From the NCBI GenBank assembly GCA_963665815.1, contig OY762463.1:3616001-3680000 (forward strand): 64,000 bases of DNA, written 5' to 3'. A program made the position numbers and the translations under genes. Origin of the DNA: Candidatus Cloacimonadales bacterium. GTDB taxonomy: Bacteria; Cloacimonadota; Cloacimonadia; Cloacimonadales; JAIOQZ01. Below are positions 1-10,645 of this stretch, one piece after another. Position 1 is the stretch's first letter; each line of letters starts with the position of its first letter. Below the pieces are notes generated by a model that saw only the letters and a list, made by a program, of their open reading frames with translations, made no database searches and had not been told where the DNA came from.

Positions 1-1147
1 CTTTTCGCTTAACATTCAGAAAATCTTCAACAGCCTTGTTTATGAAAGTCCAATTCATGTCCATATCGGTTACAGAAATTGGAAATGCTATTGAATCCAG
101 AAGCTGTTCATACCAGAACATCTTGGCAACAATAATATCCAAGGTTGTATGAACACCATGTATTATTTCTCGGAATGCTCCGTTATGTCTTCCTTCACTG
201 GCTCTGGAGTTGAAGTCTTCGTGTTTAGCGGCATCTGTGAGGAATTGAGCATCGTCAATCAATGCTTGAATAGAATCAATCGCTTGATTCAGGTTATTCT
301 TAATCTCATTAAAGTCACCATGATAGTCTTCTTCAATTTTCGGTGGCATAGATCCTTTGGAAATTCTGTCAATATATTCTGCTACAAGTACAATAGGTCC
401 AACAAATGTATCAATAAGGTTATTTGTACTGTCCACAATATCCTTGAAATCTTCACTGACCATTTCAGGGTCTGCTCTGGAGTCAAGCTGACCATTTACA
501 ACATCTGTACTAATACCGTTGATTATACCAACAGTTTGCTTAATTGGTTTAACAACAAACTTTGAAACCAGATAGTTTAATATTAAAATACTTACAACTA
601 AAGAAATTATGGAAATTGTTAAAACAAGAATAAGGAATTTTGTTCTGGCAGCGAACAATTCACTTTCTGAGATTCCTATGGCAATTATCCAGTCCCATTC
701 CTTAAAGTAATAGAAACTTGCAAGTTTCTTATCTCCGTTGTATGTATACTTAAGGATTCCAGATTCCTGTGCCAGCATTTTGTTTAATGTTTCAGGTATT
801 GGACTTTCATCACCTTTATTCAGAACCTTATGGAAAACAAACTTATTATTGGAATCAATTACAAAAATGTATCCGGTTTTTTTGAATGTGAAGCTTTTAT
901 ACTCGTCTGTAAGTTCCTTCTGAGTATTCTCCACATAGGCGGGAATCCCCATTAATCCACTGTCTTTCAGTATATTGTATTTGAGTTTTATCTCCTTTAC
1001 TTTATCCTGAAGCGATAATTGAAGTATCTCCTTGTTTGTTTCCTCAGTAATTGAACTGATATTAAATGCAGCAATCCACACAACCACTATCATTAATGCA
1101 ACAATTAAAATCCCCCCTGCGAGCAGGATGTTCTTTTGCAGTTTCAT
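1..1147 (-). CDS. Methyl-accepting chemotaxis protein, 5' part (TM-Cache-TM-HAMP-PAS start; runs off the left edge); paralog of 1921-5178
   Basis: Not in the ORF track. Manual translation from ATG 1147 (RBS AAGGGAG) gives MKLQKNILLAGG...FYYFKEWDWIIAIGISE...[31 protein letters not shown]...[28 protein letters not shown], collinear with the 1085-aa MCP. Confidence 0.9.
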   Translation of the reverse strand, partial: MKLQKNILLAGGILIVALMIVVVWIAAFNISSITEETNKEILQLSLQDKVKEIKLKYNILKDSGLMGIPAYVENTQKELTDEYKSFTFKKTGYIFVIDSNNKFVFHKVLNKGDESPIPETLNKMLAQESGILKYTYNGDKKLASFYYFKEWDWIIAIGISESELFAARTKFLILVLTISIISLVVSILILNYLVSKFVVKPIKQTVGIINGISTDVVNGQLDSRADPEMVSEDFKDIVDSTNNLIDTFVGPIVLVAEYIDRISKGSMPPKIEEDYHGDFNEIKNNLNQAIDSIQALIDDAQFLTDAAKHEDFNSRASEGRHNGAFREIIHGVHTTLDIIVAKMFWYEQLLDSIAFPISVTDMDMNWTFINKAVEDFLNVKRK

Positions 1148-1165
1148 ATTACTCCCTTAAATGAA

Positions 1166-1672
1166 TTATTTATCCTTGTTTACCTTTTGAAGATTAATGA
1201 GTTCATCCTGTGTGAGAACATTTTGTATATCAAGCAGGGTCACAACATTTCCTTTCATTTTAGCCATTCCAAGGATATATGACGTTTCCAGTTCAACACC
1301 AAATTGCGGAGAATCCTCAATCTGACTATTTTCTATATCAAGAACTTCTAGTACAGTATCTACAATAATACCTATAAAAATATTTGATTTGTTACTGGCT
1401 TTCACTTTGATAATGATAATACTTGTCCTTTCATCATAATCAGTTGTTTCCAGAGAAAATCTTAATCTTAAGTCTATTACGGGTATTATCTTCCCTCTTA
1501 AGTTGATTACTCCCTTAACAAAATCAGGTGTTCTGGGAATTGGAGTAATCTGCGGTATTGCAATAATCTGCAATATAGCATCGACATTTATCCCGTAATG
1601 CTCATCAAGAAGTCTGAAAGTAAGATATTTACCACTTAAATTATCAACATTAGCTTGAACATTGGGTTCCAT
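1166..1672 (-). CDS. cheW: Chemotaxis coupling protein CheW
   Basis: KYLTFRL..E.YGI...ITPIPRTPDFVKGVINLRGKIIPVIDLRLRF...GIIVDTV.EV; RBS AAGGAGG; lies between two MCP genes. Confidence 0.96.
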   Translation of the reverse strand: MEPNVQANVDNLSGKYLTFRLLDEHYGINVDAILQIIAIPQITPIPRTPDFVKGVINLRGKIIPVIDLRLRFSLETTDYDERTSIIIIKVKASNKSNIFIGIIVDTVLEVLDIENSQIEDSPQFGVELETSYILGMAKMKGNVVTLLDIQNVLTQDELINLQKVNKDK

Positions 1673-1920
1673 TGTTCCTCCTTAACAGTAAATAGATTTT
1701 TTATTTATTTTTTAATTTTTAAAACTAAATATAAATTAATAACTTGAAAGAAAAAAAACAAGAAAATTTGTTTACAATGATGCTTATACTCATATTAATA
1801 TTTGATATTGTAATGATTTTGACAAGGAAAAAATATGCAAATAATCATTAATCTACATATACACAATGAATTTTTATGTACAGTAATTTGCATACCTGCA
1901 TAAAACTTCAAGTTAAATCG

Positions 1921-4900
1921 TTAAAAATCGTCGAAATCTTCATTTACTGTGATTTGCTCTTCAGCATCTACTTCATATATTTTCACTGGCTCAACGGATA
2001 ATATCGATTTTTCTGAAGAAGAATACCCGGATTTACGCCTGTCGGTTATTCCATTTGAACCATTCAATGTGAATTCTGCTACCATCTCCTTGAGCTCCAT
2101 AGATTGACTGCTGAGTTCTTCTGCTGCACTTGCTGATTCTTCAGCATTAGCTGCGTTTCTCTGAGTTAATCTGTTTAATTCGGAAATAGCTGTGTTTACC
2201 TGAGTTATACCTTGAGCCTGTTCATCTGATGCAGCAGAAATCTCTTTCACGATTGTGTTAACTTTTTCAAAACTATTTCTGATTTCTGTAAATGAAGCTG
2301 AAACATCAGCTACTATCTTTCCACCATTTTCAGAGTTCTTCATTGATTCTTCTATCAGCCCATTTGTGTTTCGAGCAGCTTCAGCACTTCTCATGGCGAG
2401 ATTCTTTACCTCTTCAGCAACAACTGCAAAGCCCTTGCCTGCTTCACCGGCATGAGCTGCTTCAACTGCTGCATTCAATGCTAAAAGATTTGTCTGGAAG
2501 GCTATCTCATCAATTGTTTTTATTATTTTTCCTGTTTCCTCAGCTGACTTACTTATTGCTGTCATTGCATCAAACATTCGTTTCATTGCTGAATCCCCTC
2601 TTTCAACATTGAATATTGCTTCTTCCGAGAGAGAGGCTCCATTTTTCGCATTATCCGTATTCGTCAGAGTGAGAGAGTTCATCTGTTCAAGACTGGCAGA
2701 TACTTCTTCCAAAGATGATGCTTGTTCCGATGTTCCTTCTGCAAGACTCTGAGATCCACCGGAAATTTCATCAACTGCGGATGTTATTTGAATTACTGCA
2801 TTATCTACCTGAGATAATGCTTCTTCAAGCTGAGTTCCGGCTTTGTTGATATCTTCCTTGAACTCATCAACCTGACCTTTATAATTGTTCGTCATCCGAG
2901 CTGTAAGATCTTTATTGGAGAGTTTTTTCATTACTTCCATTGCTTCGAGAATCGGATTCACAATTTCGTCAAGCAGATCATTTAATCCGGATATCATTTT
3001 ACTCCAGTCATTTGTAAACTTCTTATTATCTCCTCTATGGGTTAAATCTCCGTTTCTTACAGGTACTATAAGTCTTTCAATTTCATTTGATACTGCAAGA
3101 AGATTATCTAGCAATCTGTTTATATAATCATTTGCAACACCTTGTTTACCTGGAAGCTGTTCCAGTACAACCGAGAAATCTCCTTTCGCATAACTTTCAA
3201 CTGTATTGAGAATCTTGAATATATTGCCTACATGCATCTCAACATTTTTATTCACACCGTCTGCCATTTCCTTGTACATGCCTTCAAAATCACTTAGATC
3301 AATTAGAGCATCCATGTCTCCTGCTTTCTGCTGCTCATACATGCTTTTCATTTTATTGATAAAATTACCAAGATTCTGTATAACTCTGTTTACACTTCTT
3401 TTAATATCATTGAAATCACCCTTATACTCATGAGAAACCAGTTCAGGCAGTCTGCCATCAGCAATATCTGAGAGGTATTCTGCGGTTACTACGAAGGGTT
3501 CAACAAATGCATCAGTAAGCTGATTGAATCCCTTAACAACATCTTTATAAGCTCCGTTGTGCTTTTCAGGATTCGCTCTGTTGTCCAGTTTACCTTTCAG
3601 AACACTGGATATCATAGCTTTTGAATCTGTTATCAGTGCTTCAAGAGAAACTCTTACAGAATCAAGGTTCTGGTTAATCTTACTGAATCTTTCATGATTC
3701 TTTTCTGTGTGTTGATCAGCGGAGGCAATCTTAGTGTCTAATGCCATATCTCCCATTGCCAGCTTTTCAAGGTTTTCTGCCAATCGTTCTACTTCAGCTT
3801 TATCATATTTTAACTTGTGATTTTCTCTTGTTACATCCTGAATAACTTCGATATACCCCATAACTTTACCGCTGAGATCAAGCAGTTCATTTGTCGTAGC
3901 TTTATAATCCTTATTAGTACTGTGATTCGTAAATTCCGCCAGAGGATTTCCATTTTTTAAATGCTGTATGGAACAATCCGGTGTATTACAGATTTCAGTA
4001 TTCCAGTAGTTACATTTCTTATCTTTCATACTGCTTCTGTCTATCCCAATAACATCAGTTCCTGCTTTGTTAATAAAAGTCCAGTTCATGTCTTTATCAG
4101 TTACTGAAATCAGGAAAGGTATAGAATCAAGTATCTGCTCATACCAGTGCATTTTGTCGATAATGAGGTCAAGTGTATTGTGAAATCCTGAGATAATATC
4201 TCTATATGCTCCCTGATGTTTTGTTTCATCAGCTCTTACATCAAAGTTCTCATTTTTTGCTGTGTTTGTTAAAAATTCAGCATCTTGAATCAGTTCATCT
4301 ACTGAATCAATAGCTCTGTTTATATTGTTTTTAATCTCATTGAAATCTCCTCTGTATTCTCCAGTTATTCTTGGTGGAAGACTTCCTTTTGAGATTCTAT
4401 CTATGTACTCTGCTACAAGATTGATTGGTTCAACAAAAGAGTCTATTAAATGGTTTACACTGCTTGCCAACTGTCGGAAATCACTGCTCACATCATCTTC
4501 ATTAGCTCTTGTATCCAGTCTACCTTTCGTAATATTGTCTGCAATTACATTTATTGATTCTACAGATTTCAGAATAGGCTTTTCAACAAAAACAGTTAAT
4601 AAAAAATACAGAATTACCGCACTGATCAGCAAGCTTATAATTGCAATAAGTGATACTTGGAGAAGAAAAGATGTACTTTCCTGATATAATTCTTTCTCTG
4701 AAATTGAAATACCGATTATCCAGTCCCATGGTTCAAAGTAATAGAAAGTTGACATTCGCTTTGTGTCATCAATCGTATAGCTTGTGATGCCTTCCTTTTC
4801 CTCACTCATTAATTTTATAACTTGCGGTACAGATGATTTTGAACCGGGTTTAACACCTTTTTTGAAGATATATTTATTATCTGGTTTGATTACGAACAAG

Positions 4901-5178
4901 TAACCACTTTTTTTATAACTAAAATCTTCATAAGATTCGATCAATGCTGTTTTAACTGGATCAACATAAGATTTTATCTCATCAAGTCCTGTTTCGTGAA
5001 GCATATCATATTTTACTTGTATCTCTTTAATCTTGTCTTTCAAAGAAAGACTGAGATTTTCTTTGCTGCTTGACCTTGCAACATGATTCATATCAACAAC
5101 TGCTTTCCATGAAATTGTTAAAGTTAATGCAATTAAAAGTCCAATACCTGCAAACAAAATGTTTCGCTTTAATCTCAT
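1921..5178 (-). CDS. Methyl-accepting chemotaxis protein (Cache, poly-HAMP, PAS, MA signalling domain)
   Basis: Two TM segments around a Cache-like region; repeated 'EY.GDFN.IK' HAMP units; signalling tip [34 protein letters not shown]-terminal pentapeptide DFDDF. Confidence 0.95.
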   Translation of the reverse strand: MRLKRNILFAGIGLLIALTLTISWKAVVDMNHVARSSSKENLSLSLKDKIKEIQVKYDMLHETGLDEIKSYVDPVKTALIESYEDFSYKKSGYLFVIKPDNKYIFKKGVKPGSKSSVPQVIKLMSEEKEGITSYTIDDTKRMSTFYYFEPWDWIIGISISEKELYQESTSFLLQVSLIAIISLLISAVILYFLLTVFVEKPILKSVESINVIADNITKGRLDTRANEDDVSSDFRQLASSVNHLIDSFVEPINLVAEYIDRISKGSLPPRITGEYRGDFNEIKNNINRAIDSVDELIQDAEFLTNTAKNENFDVRADETKHQGAYRDIISGFHNTLDLIIDKMHWYEQILDSIPFLISVTDKDMNWTFINKAGTDVIGIDRSSMKDKKCNYWNTEICNTPDCSIQHLKNGNPLAEFTNHSTNKDYKATTNELLDLSGKVMGYIEVIQDVTRENHKLKYDKAEVERLAENLEKLAMGDMALDTKIASADQHTEKNHERFSKINQNLDSVRVSLEALITDSKAMISSVLKGKLDNRANPEKHNGAYKDVVKGFNQLTDAFVEPFVVTAEYLSDIADGRLPELVSHEYKGDFNDIKRSVNRVIQNLGNFINKMKSMYEQQKAGDMDALIDLSDFEGMYKEMADGVNKNVEMHVGNIFKILNTVESYAKGDFSVVLEQLPGKQGVANDYINRLLDNLLAVSNEIERLIVPVRNGDLTHRGDNKKFTNDWSKMISGLNDLLDEIVNPILEAMEVMKKLSNKDLTARMTNNYKGQVDEFKEDINKAGTQLEEALSQVDNAVIQITSAVDEISGGSQSLAEGTSEQASSLEEVSASLEQMNSLTLTNTDNAKNGASLSEEAIFNVERGDSAMKRMFDAMTAISKSAEETGKIIKTIDEIAFQTNLLALNAAVEAAHAGEAGKGFAVVAEEVKNLAMRSAEAARNTNGLIEESMKNSENGGKIVADVSASFTEIRNSFEKVNTIVKEISAASDEQAQGITQVNTAISELNRLTQRNAANAEESASAAEELSSQSMELKEMVAEFTLNGSNGITDRRKSGYSSSEKSILSVEPVKIYEVDAEEQITVNEDFDDF

Positions 5179-5500
5179 TTAGTACCTGCCTGATGTAATT
5201 AATATTGTTATTTAACGAGTCAAAAATTATCAGATTACAATAAGAACTATGAAGTACACAGTTCTCTCACACTTTGGTTGCACAACAATATTATACTGAA
5301 TTACTCTCAATATGCAAAATAATTTACATCAGTTTGTTTATGAATAAGATTCATTAAAATATGCGTTATAGCTTAAATATTCAATGCAAATTTAGAAAAT
5401 GGAAGTTAGTACGTTTGACTGCATGATCCTGCGAAATTTGTTTCCATATTATTTCCTTGACCTGCATGACACATATTTAAGATAGCAAAAAGGATGAAAA

Positions 5501-6337
5501 ATGAACGGTATAGTATTTTACAAAACAATAAAGTATAAGAGTATAAGGGATTTCTACGAGAATGTTATCGGATTGGACATCTGGATTGAGCAGAAAGAGT
5601 GTGTCATCTATCAATATGGAAACTTTCTGCTTGGCTTTTGCAATAGAAGTAGTTCTGATACACAATCAATGATTACAATGTTCTTTGATAGCCGATTTGA
5701 AGTAGACAATTTTTACAATAAACTCAAGAATATTGCACACGATAAACCTAAATACAATCCGGATTACGAGATTTACCATTTTTTTGCTGAAGACCCGGAA
5801 GGCAGAGTTCTGGAATTTCAGTATTTCGAAAACGAGATTAGACCTTACAATTCTGCAGCCGATGTTTTAACAAAACGTAGATCAGCAAGAAGCTTTACAC
5901 AGAAAGTAGTAAGTGATGATTTATTGAGATCAGTATTTGAGCTTTGTAGATACAGTCCGACATCAATGAATACGCAATCGTATTATTACGTTGTGATAAG
6001 AGACCAGAAAACCATAAAGACTCTCAGTGAAATCAGGGATAGTGCTTCCTCACCATTAGTACAGAGCCAGCTTAATATTGCAATATGCGTTGATCCTGCC
6101 AAAACCAGAAGAAAGGAGGAAGACGGAATTATTGCAGCCTATCATTTTATTCTTTCATGTGAAAATCATGGTTTGGGAACATGCTGGATAGCTGATATGA
6201 ACAGAGATAATGTGAAGGAAATGCTGAATATTCCTAAAGAACATTATATTGCAACAATTACTCCCGTAGGATACAGTAAGATCAAAAGCCGGATGCTTCC
6301 GAGAAGAAGAGAAATTTCTGAGTTTGTAGTCTGGTAG
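5501..6337 (+). CDS. VOC/glyoxalase-domain and nitroreductase fusion protein
   Basis: N-terminal half has FYENVIGL...HFFAEDPEGRVLEFQ (VOC). C-terminal half has RRSARSF...SPTSMNTQ...GLGTCW...PVGY (nitroreductase). Confidence 0.82.
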   Translation: MNGIVFYKTIKYKSIRDFYENVIGLDIWIEQKECVIYQYGNFLLGFCNRSSSDTQSMITMFFDSRFEVDNFYNKLKNIAHDKPKYNPDYEIYHFFAEDPEGRVLEFQYFENEIRPYNSAADVLTKRRSARSFTQKVVSDDLLRSVFELCRYSPTSMNTQSYYYVVIRDQKTIKTLSEIRDSASSPLVQSQLNIAICVDPAKTRRKEEDGIIAAYHFILSCENHGLGTCWIADMNRDNVKEMLNIPKEHYIATITPVGYSKIKSRMLPRRREISEFVVW

Positions 6338-6348
6338 AGAGAATAATT

Positions 6349-6945
6349 ATGGATTTTTTTACACTGAATAAAACAAAAAGAACCGAGATAAAGATTAAAA
6401 GATCAAGATTCATAGGAACAATCAAGCCTGTTTCAACAATTGATGAGGCAAAGAGTTTTTTTTCAGAAATGAATGCTGAATTCAAAACAGCAAACCACAA
6501 TTGCTGGGCTTATATTGTTGGAGATAAAGGCGAAACCTTTCATAGTTCCGATGCAGGTGAACCCGCAGGAACAGCCGGGAAACCAATATTGCAGACTATG
6601 CAGAAGCATAACCTTTCGAATGTTGCCTGTGTGGTTACAAGATTCTTCGGTGGTGTTAAGCTGGGAATAAGAGGTTTAATTGATGCTTATTCAGAATCCG
6701 TCGAAGAGACTCTGAAAATATCTGATGTTAAAAGGATCGTTAACATTCTGGAATTCAAAGTAGAATTAGGCTATGGGTTTGCAGAAACTTTTTTATACAA
6801 TGCAAATAACATGAACGCTTTGATAGTTAATCAGGATTACAGTGATGTTGTTAAGATTACTCTATCCTGTGAAGAAGATTTATCTGAAGAGTTAGCAAAT
6901 TACATAAAAGAACTCAGCAATAGAGGATCATTGAAAGTACTATAA
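6349..6945 (+). CDS. yigZ: YigZ/IMPACT family protein
   Basis: IKRSRFIG...ANHNCWAY...SDAGEPAGTAGKPIL...VTRFFGGVKLGIRGLIDAY. Confidence 0.92.
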   Translation: MDFFTLNKTKRTEIKIKRSRFIGTIKPVSTIDEAKSFFSEMNAEFKTANHNCWAYIVGDKGETFHSSDAGEPAGTAGKPILQTMQKHNLSNVACVVTRFFGGVKLGIRGLIDAYSESVEETLKISDVKRIVNILEFKVELGYGFAETFLYNANNMNALIVNQDYSDVVKITLSCEEDLSEELANYIKELSNRGSLKVL

Positions 6946-6972
6946 AAAAGACTGCTGAATCTTCAGCAGTCT
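6944..6972 (-). terminator. Intrinsic terminator between convergent yigZ and trxA
   Basis: Inverted repeat AGACTGCTGAA/TTCAGCAGTCT with an A-run on the left (U-tract on the minus strand). Confidence 0.7.
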
Positions 6973-6995
6973 GCAAAAGTGTAAAGTCAAAAGGT

Positions 6996-7307
6996 TTAGA
7001 TTATTGTTTTGATTTTGCTTTCAAGCATGTCTTTACTTAATACACCAATAGATGTATCTTTTAATTCGCCATCTTTAAAAATAAGAATTGTCGGAATACT
7101 CATTACTTTGTATTTCATTGAGACATCCTGATTCTGATCAACATTAAGTTTATAAAAATCAACATTATCCAGTTTATCCGCTAATTCTTTTACTGCAGGT
7201 TCCATCATCTTGCACGGACCACACCACGGGGCCCAGAAATCAACAACAACAACTCCTGATAATATAGCATTATCAAAATCTTGAGAGTTTAGTTCTTTTA
7301 GTGCCAT
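6996..7307 (-). CDS. trxA: Thioredoxin
   Basis: VVVDFWAPWCGPCK active site; SIPT cis-Pro motif; 103 aa. Confidence 0.96.
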   Translation of the reverse strand: MALKELNSQDFDNAILSGVVVVDFWAPWCGPCKMMEPAVKELADKLDNVDFYKLNVDQNQDVSMKYKVMSIPTILIFKDGELKDTSIGVLSKDMLESKIKTII

Positions 7308-7419
7308 TCTTTTCTCCTCTTAATAACTCGCATTCAGTATTCATTTCCTAAATAAATTCATTTTTAGTAAAATATAACTGATACAAGATATAGAAACAAA
7401 AACTATTTGAAAATAAACT

Positions 7420-8391
7420 TCACTGAGCAAGAATTTCAAAAAAACTTTCTAATCTCAGTTTCGTTCTTTCATCAAGAGAAGAAGGTTGATCACCTTCAAT
7501 AATAATTAATGGCTTGTTGAGATATTTTTTAAACAATATGTTATCAATCTGCCTGTGACAAAATGCCTGAGAATAACTCAAGATAGCCTGAATATTCCTG
7601 ATTTTTGATTCGGAGTTTATTTCTTTTATTCTTTCTTCGATCCCATATGGATAAGAATATCTCAAATACTGTTCAACAATATCCTTCTCGAGAAACGGCA
7701 TGCTGAACTGTCTTTGAATTTCGTTAAAAACAACTGCATAATTCTGCTCATCAAGAAAATCGTAAAGGTCTTTAAAAATTGGAGGAACTCCAATATAGCC
7801 GAGAACTATCTCTGGTTTTCGAGAAGGTCTACACCTGACTTCATTAAGAAAGCCATCCAGATCTTTCTCGTACTTTTCGGGATCGCCTCCAAAATCTGAA
7901 GAATTGACCAGCCATAAATGATTTTCAAGTCCTGTAGCTTTGAATCCGGAATACGTAAGTCTATCCAGTTCAATAAGTTTTGTGCGAATAGAATCAAGAT
8001 ATTGTTTTGTCTCATTAACTTTTGCCTCAGAGACCGAAAATTCGCTTCTGAACCTATCTATCTCAGTTTTAAGATCATTGTAGCTTCGTCTGTGAGGGAA
8101 AGCAAAAGAAATAGTTTTCAGGCCCTGATCAATCAGAGTTTCAGTTAGAGATTTTGTATTGGAACAATCTCCCTCTGTAACTGGAATAAAAACATCAAGA
8201 TTTTCTTCCAAAGCAACAGAATATAAACCTTTTATCCATGAGCATGTATTGCGCGGAAATCCTGCATGCTCAGCCATATCAATATATTTTGTACTATCCC
8301 CTGTAATGAACAAGTTATTAAGATCAACAGGAGTATGACCGGCAGCAATTATTATTTCCACCGGAAGTGTTGTGGTGAATCCGACTCTCAT
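7420..8391 (-). CDS. 2-hydroxyacyl-CoA dehydratase family (HgdB/FldC-like) Fe-S protein
   Basis: VGFTTTLPVEII.AAG..PVDLNN; GFPRNTCSWIKG; EGDCSNT; QAFCHRQ; C-terminal IEGD...RTKLRLESF.E. Confidence 0.8.
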   Translation of the reverse strand: MRVGFTTTLPVEIIIAAGHTPVDLNNLFITGDSTKYIDMAEHAGFPRNTCSWIKGLYSVALEENLDVFIPVTEGDCSNTKSLTETLIDQGLKTISFAFPHRRSYNDLKTEIDRFRSEFSVSEAKVNETKQYLDSIRTKLIELDRLTYSGFKATGLENHLWLVNSSDFGGDPEKYEKDLDGFLNEVRCRPSRKPEIVLGYIGVPPIFKDLYDFLDEQNYAVVFNEIQRQFSMPFLEKDIVEQYLRYSYPYGIEERIKEINSESKIRNIQAILSYSQAFCHRQIDNILFKKYLNKPLIIIEGDQPSSLDERTKLRLESFFEILAQ

Positions 8392-10289
8392 GATATCTCC
8401 TGATCTTCATCTGTCAGCATTAAATACTTCATTTCGAGATCTTCTATTTTTGAACTCAGTTCCTCTGATTTCTTTTTATCTTCAGCAATTTCAGTTTTAA
8501 GTTTATCCATCTTTTCGTGATTCTGATAATATTCAGGTCTTGAATAGCAGGCTTCTTTTTCTGCTATCTTAATATGCATTGAATCTTTTTCATCTTCAAG
8601 TTCTGAAATTTCTTCAAGCAGCTTTTCAATTACCTGCGGATTAACTTTTCTGGATTTACCCTGGTCAGGCTTTCTGTCTGTACTTTTCTTTTTTTTCTTT
8701 GATTCTGTCTGCTCATCAGCTATCTGTTCAATACTTTTATCTGTTTCAGATATTGAGGAGTTTCTAAAAAGCAGTTTACGTTCAGCAACATTATTAATAA
8801 AATACATATCATGAGAAACAAAAATAAGTGTTCCATCATATTCTCTTAAGGCTTTTTCAAGAGCATCAACCATAAAAACATCAAGATGATTGGTCGGTTC
8901 ATCAAGAATAAGCAGATTAGGTTTATCATAAAGAATTCTCAGTAAATACAGTCTAGCTTTTTCACCGCCACTGAGAACATCGGTTTTCTTATCCAGATCT
9001 TCACCGGTAAATCCAAAACCTGCAAGATATCCAATAACCTGACCTTTAACTGCATCCGGCATAATGCTCCATATGTAATCCATAACAGTGATACCATCAG
9101 GTACATGAATATGCATCTGATCATAATAGCCAACTTTAAGATTTGCTCCTTTATAAAGAGTTCCACAAGTCTGTCTTATCTCTCCCATAAGTAGCTTAAG
9201 AAAACTTGTTTTACCGCATCCGTTGCGGCCTATCAGAACAATTTTATCCTGATAATGCACGTTAAGATTCAAGTTTTCAATCAATTTTCTGCCATATAAT
9301 TTAAGATCAAGCTTTTCAATTCTGAAGACATCATTTCCTGATCTGGACTCTGTATCAAATCTAATTTTGATTCTTTTTGACTCAGCAGGTTTTTCTATAA
9401 TATCCATCTTATCAAGCATCTTTTGTCTGGATTTTGCCTGATTTACTTTTTGCCCTGCCATGTTCCGTCTTATAAAATCTTCAGTTTTCTCAATAACTTT
9501 TTTCTGTTGATCAAACATCTTTTTCTGTAGAGCCTTCTGCCTTTCACTTTCCTGAAGATATCCGGAGTAGTTTCCTTTGAATGCATAAATTGTTTTTCTG
9601 TCAATTTCCCATATCTGATCAACAGTTCTATCCAGAAAATGTCTGTCATGAGATATCAGAATGTAAGGTTTACCCATATTGTATAGATATCGCTCAAGCC
9701 ACAGAATCATAGAATAGTCCAGGTGATTGGTTGGTTCGTCAAGCAGAAGCAGATCAAAAGGTTCAAGAAGTATTCTGGCAAGCTGAATACGCGTTTTCTC
9801 TCCACCACTGAAATCAGATAATTTTTTATGCCATAAATCTGTATCGAATCTCAGATGGGTCAGCACCAGCTTTCTTTCAGTAGAAAAGCTGAAGCCTCCA
9901 AGCGTTTCAAACTCATGAGTAAGGTTCTCATATTTCTTTAAAAGTTCTTCACTGTGGTCATGTTCCATTTCATCGTGCAGTTTCTCAATCTCCTTGTCCA
10001 ATTTCAAAATATCACTTCTTGATTCTGTCACATATTGTAACAAAGTCTTGGAGTTATCGAACTGCGGATCCTGAGTCAGGAAAGAAATTTTCAATCCTGA
10101 GGATGAATTTATCATTCCTTCTGAAGGTTCAAGACTTCCATGCAGGATTTTCAGCAATGTTGTCTTGCCCGATCCGTTTAAGCCTATCAAGCCTGTTCTG
10201 TGATGTTTTTCCACATTCAGATTTACATTGCGAATAATGTCAAAACCACCATAACTATGTCTAAGATTCTGAATTTGCAGAATACTCAT
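8388..10289 (-). CDS. ABC-F family ATP-binding protein
   Basis: Two NBDs (GLNGSGKTT, GRNGCGKTS; FSGGE/LSGGE; LDEPTNHLD twice), no TM segments, C-terminal coiled coil. Start placed at ATG 10289 after GAGG. Confidence 0.92.
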   Translation of the reverse strand: MSILQIQNLRHSYGGFDIIRNVNLNVEKHHRTGLIGLNGSGKTTLLKILHGSLEPSEGMINSSSGLKISFLTQDPQFDNSKTLLQYVTESRSDILKLDKEIEKLHDEMEHDHSEELLKKYENLTHEFETLGGFSFSTERKLVLTHLRFDTDLWHKKLSDFSGGEKTRIQLARILLEPFDLLLLDEPTNHLDYSMILWLERYLYNMGKPYILISHDRHFLDRTVDQIWEIDRKTIYAFKGNYSGYLQESERQKALQKKMFDQQKKVIEKTEDFIRRNMAGQKVNQAKSRQKMLDKMDIIEKPAESKRIKIRFDTESRSGNDVFRIEKLDLKLYGRKLIENLNLNVHYQDKIVLIGRNGCGKTSFLKLLMGEIRQTCGTLYKGANLKVGYYDQMHIHVPDGITVMDYIWSIMPDAVKGQVIGYLAGFGFTGEDLDKKTDVLSGGEKARLYLLRILYDKPNLLILDEPTNHLDVFMVDALEKALREYDGTLIFVSHDMYFINNVAERKLLFRNSSISETDKSIEQIADEQTESKKKKKSTDRKPDQGKSRKVNPQVIEKLLEEISELEDEKDSMHIKIAEKEACYSRPEYYQNHEKMDKLKTEIAEDKKKSEELSSKIEDLEMKYLMLTDEDQEIS

Positions 10290-10392
10290 AATAACCTCGT
10301 AAATATTCAAATATCAACTCAGGCAAGGAAATAAGTTACTACTCAGCTGTAAAGCTAAATGTTAATAACACCGGCATTCAGGTTTAAAACTT

Positions 10393-10536
10393 GAGAGCAC
10401 TGCATAATAGCATACTCAAGTAGTTTTGGTTAAAAACTGATATTTTTGTATTAAACAGAAAGGTTTTTCTGAGAGGCTCATTTGAGTCAGAATTTGATAA
10501 ATCAAAAATCGAGTCAAATACGCCTAATATGCAAAT
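10393..10536. repeat. Dispersed non-coding repeat 'S', copy 1 (inverted relative to 19485-19705)
   Basis: Its reverse complement aligns with 19485-19705, e.g. ATCAAATTCTGACTCAAA and ACCAAAACTACTTGA.TATGCTATTATGCA. Confidence 0.8.
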
Positions 10537-10645
10537 ACCTCAACCTGTATTGTGAAGAGAAGTATCTAAAAAATAAATTATTTTCTTGATACAAAAACAC
10601 AATTATCGAAATTTGCAGTCAAACATATAAATTAAAGGAGTTACC

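Noticed and set aside
149..923. Plus-strand ORFs 149-565 and 738-923
   Set aside because: Antisense shadows of the partial MCP gene on the minus strand.
5340..5354. ARG box-like palindrome ATGAAT-aag-ATTCAT
   Set aside because: The spacer is one nt shorter than the ArgR consensus, and it is not next to argF.
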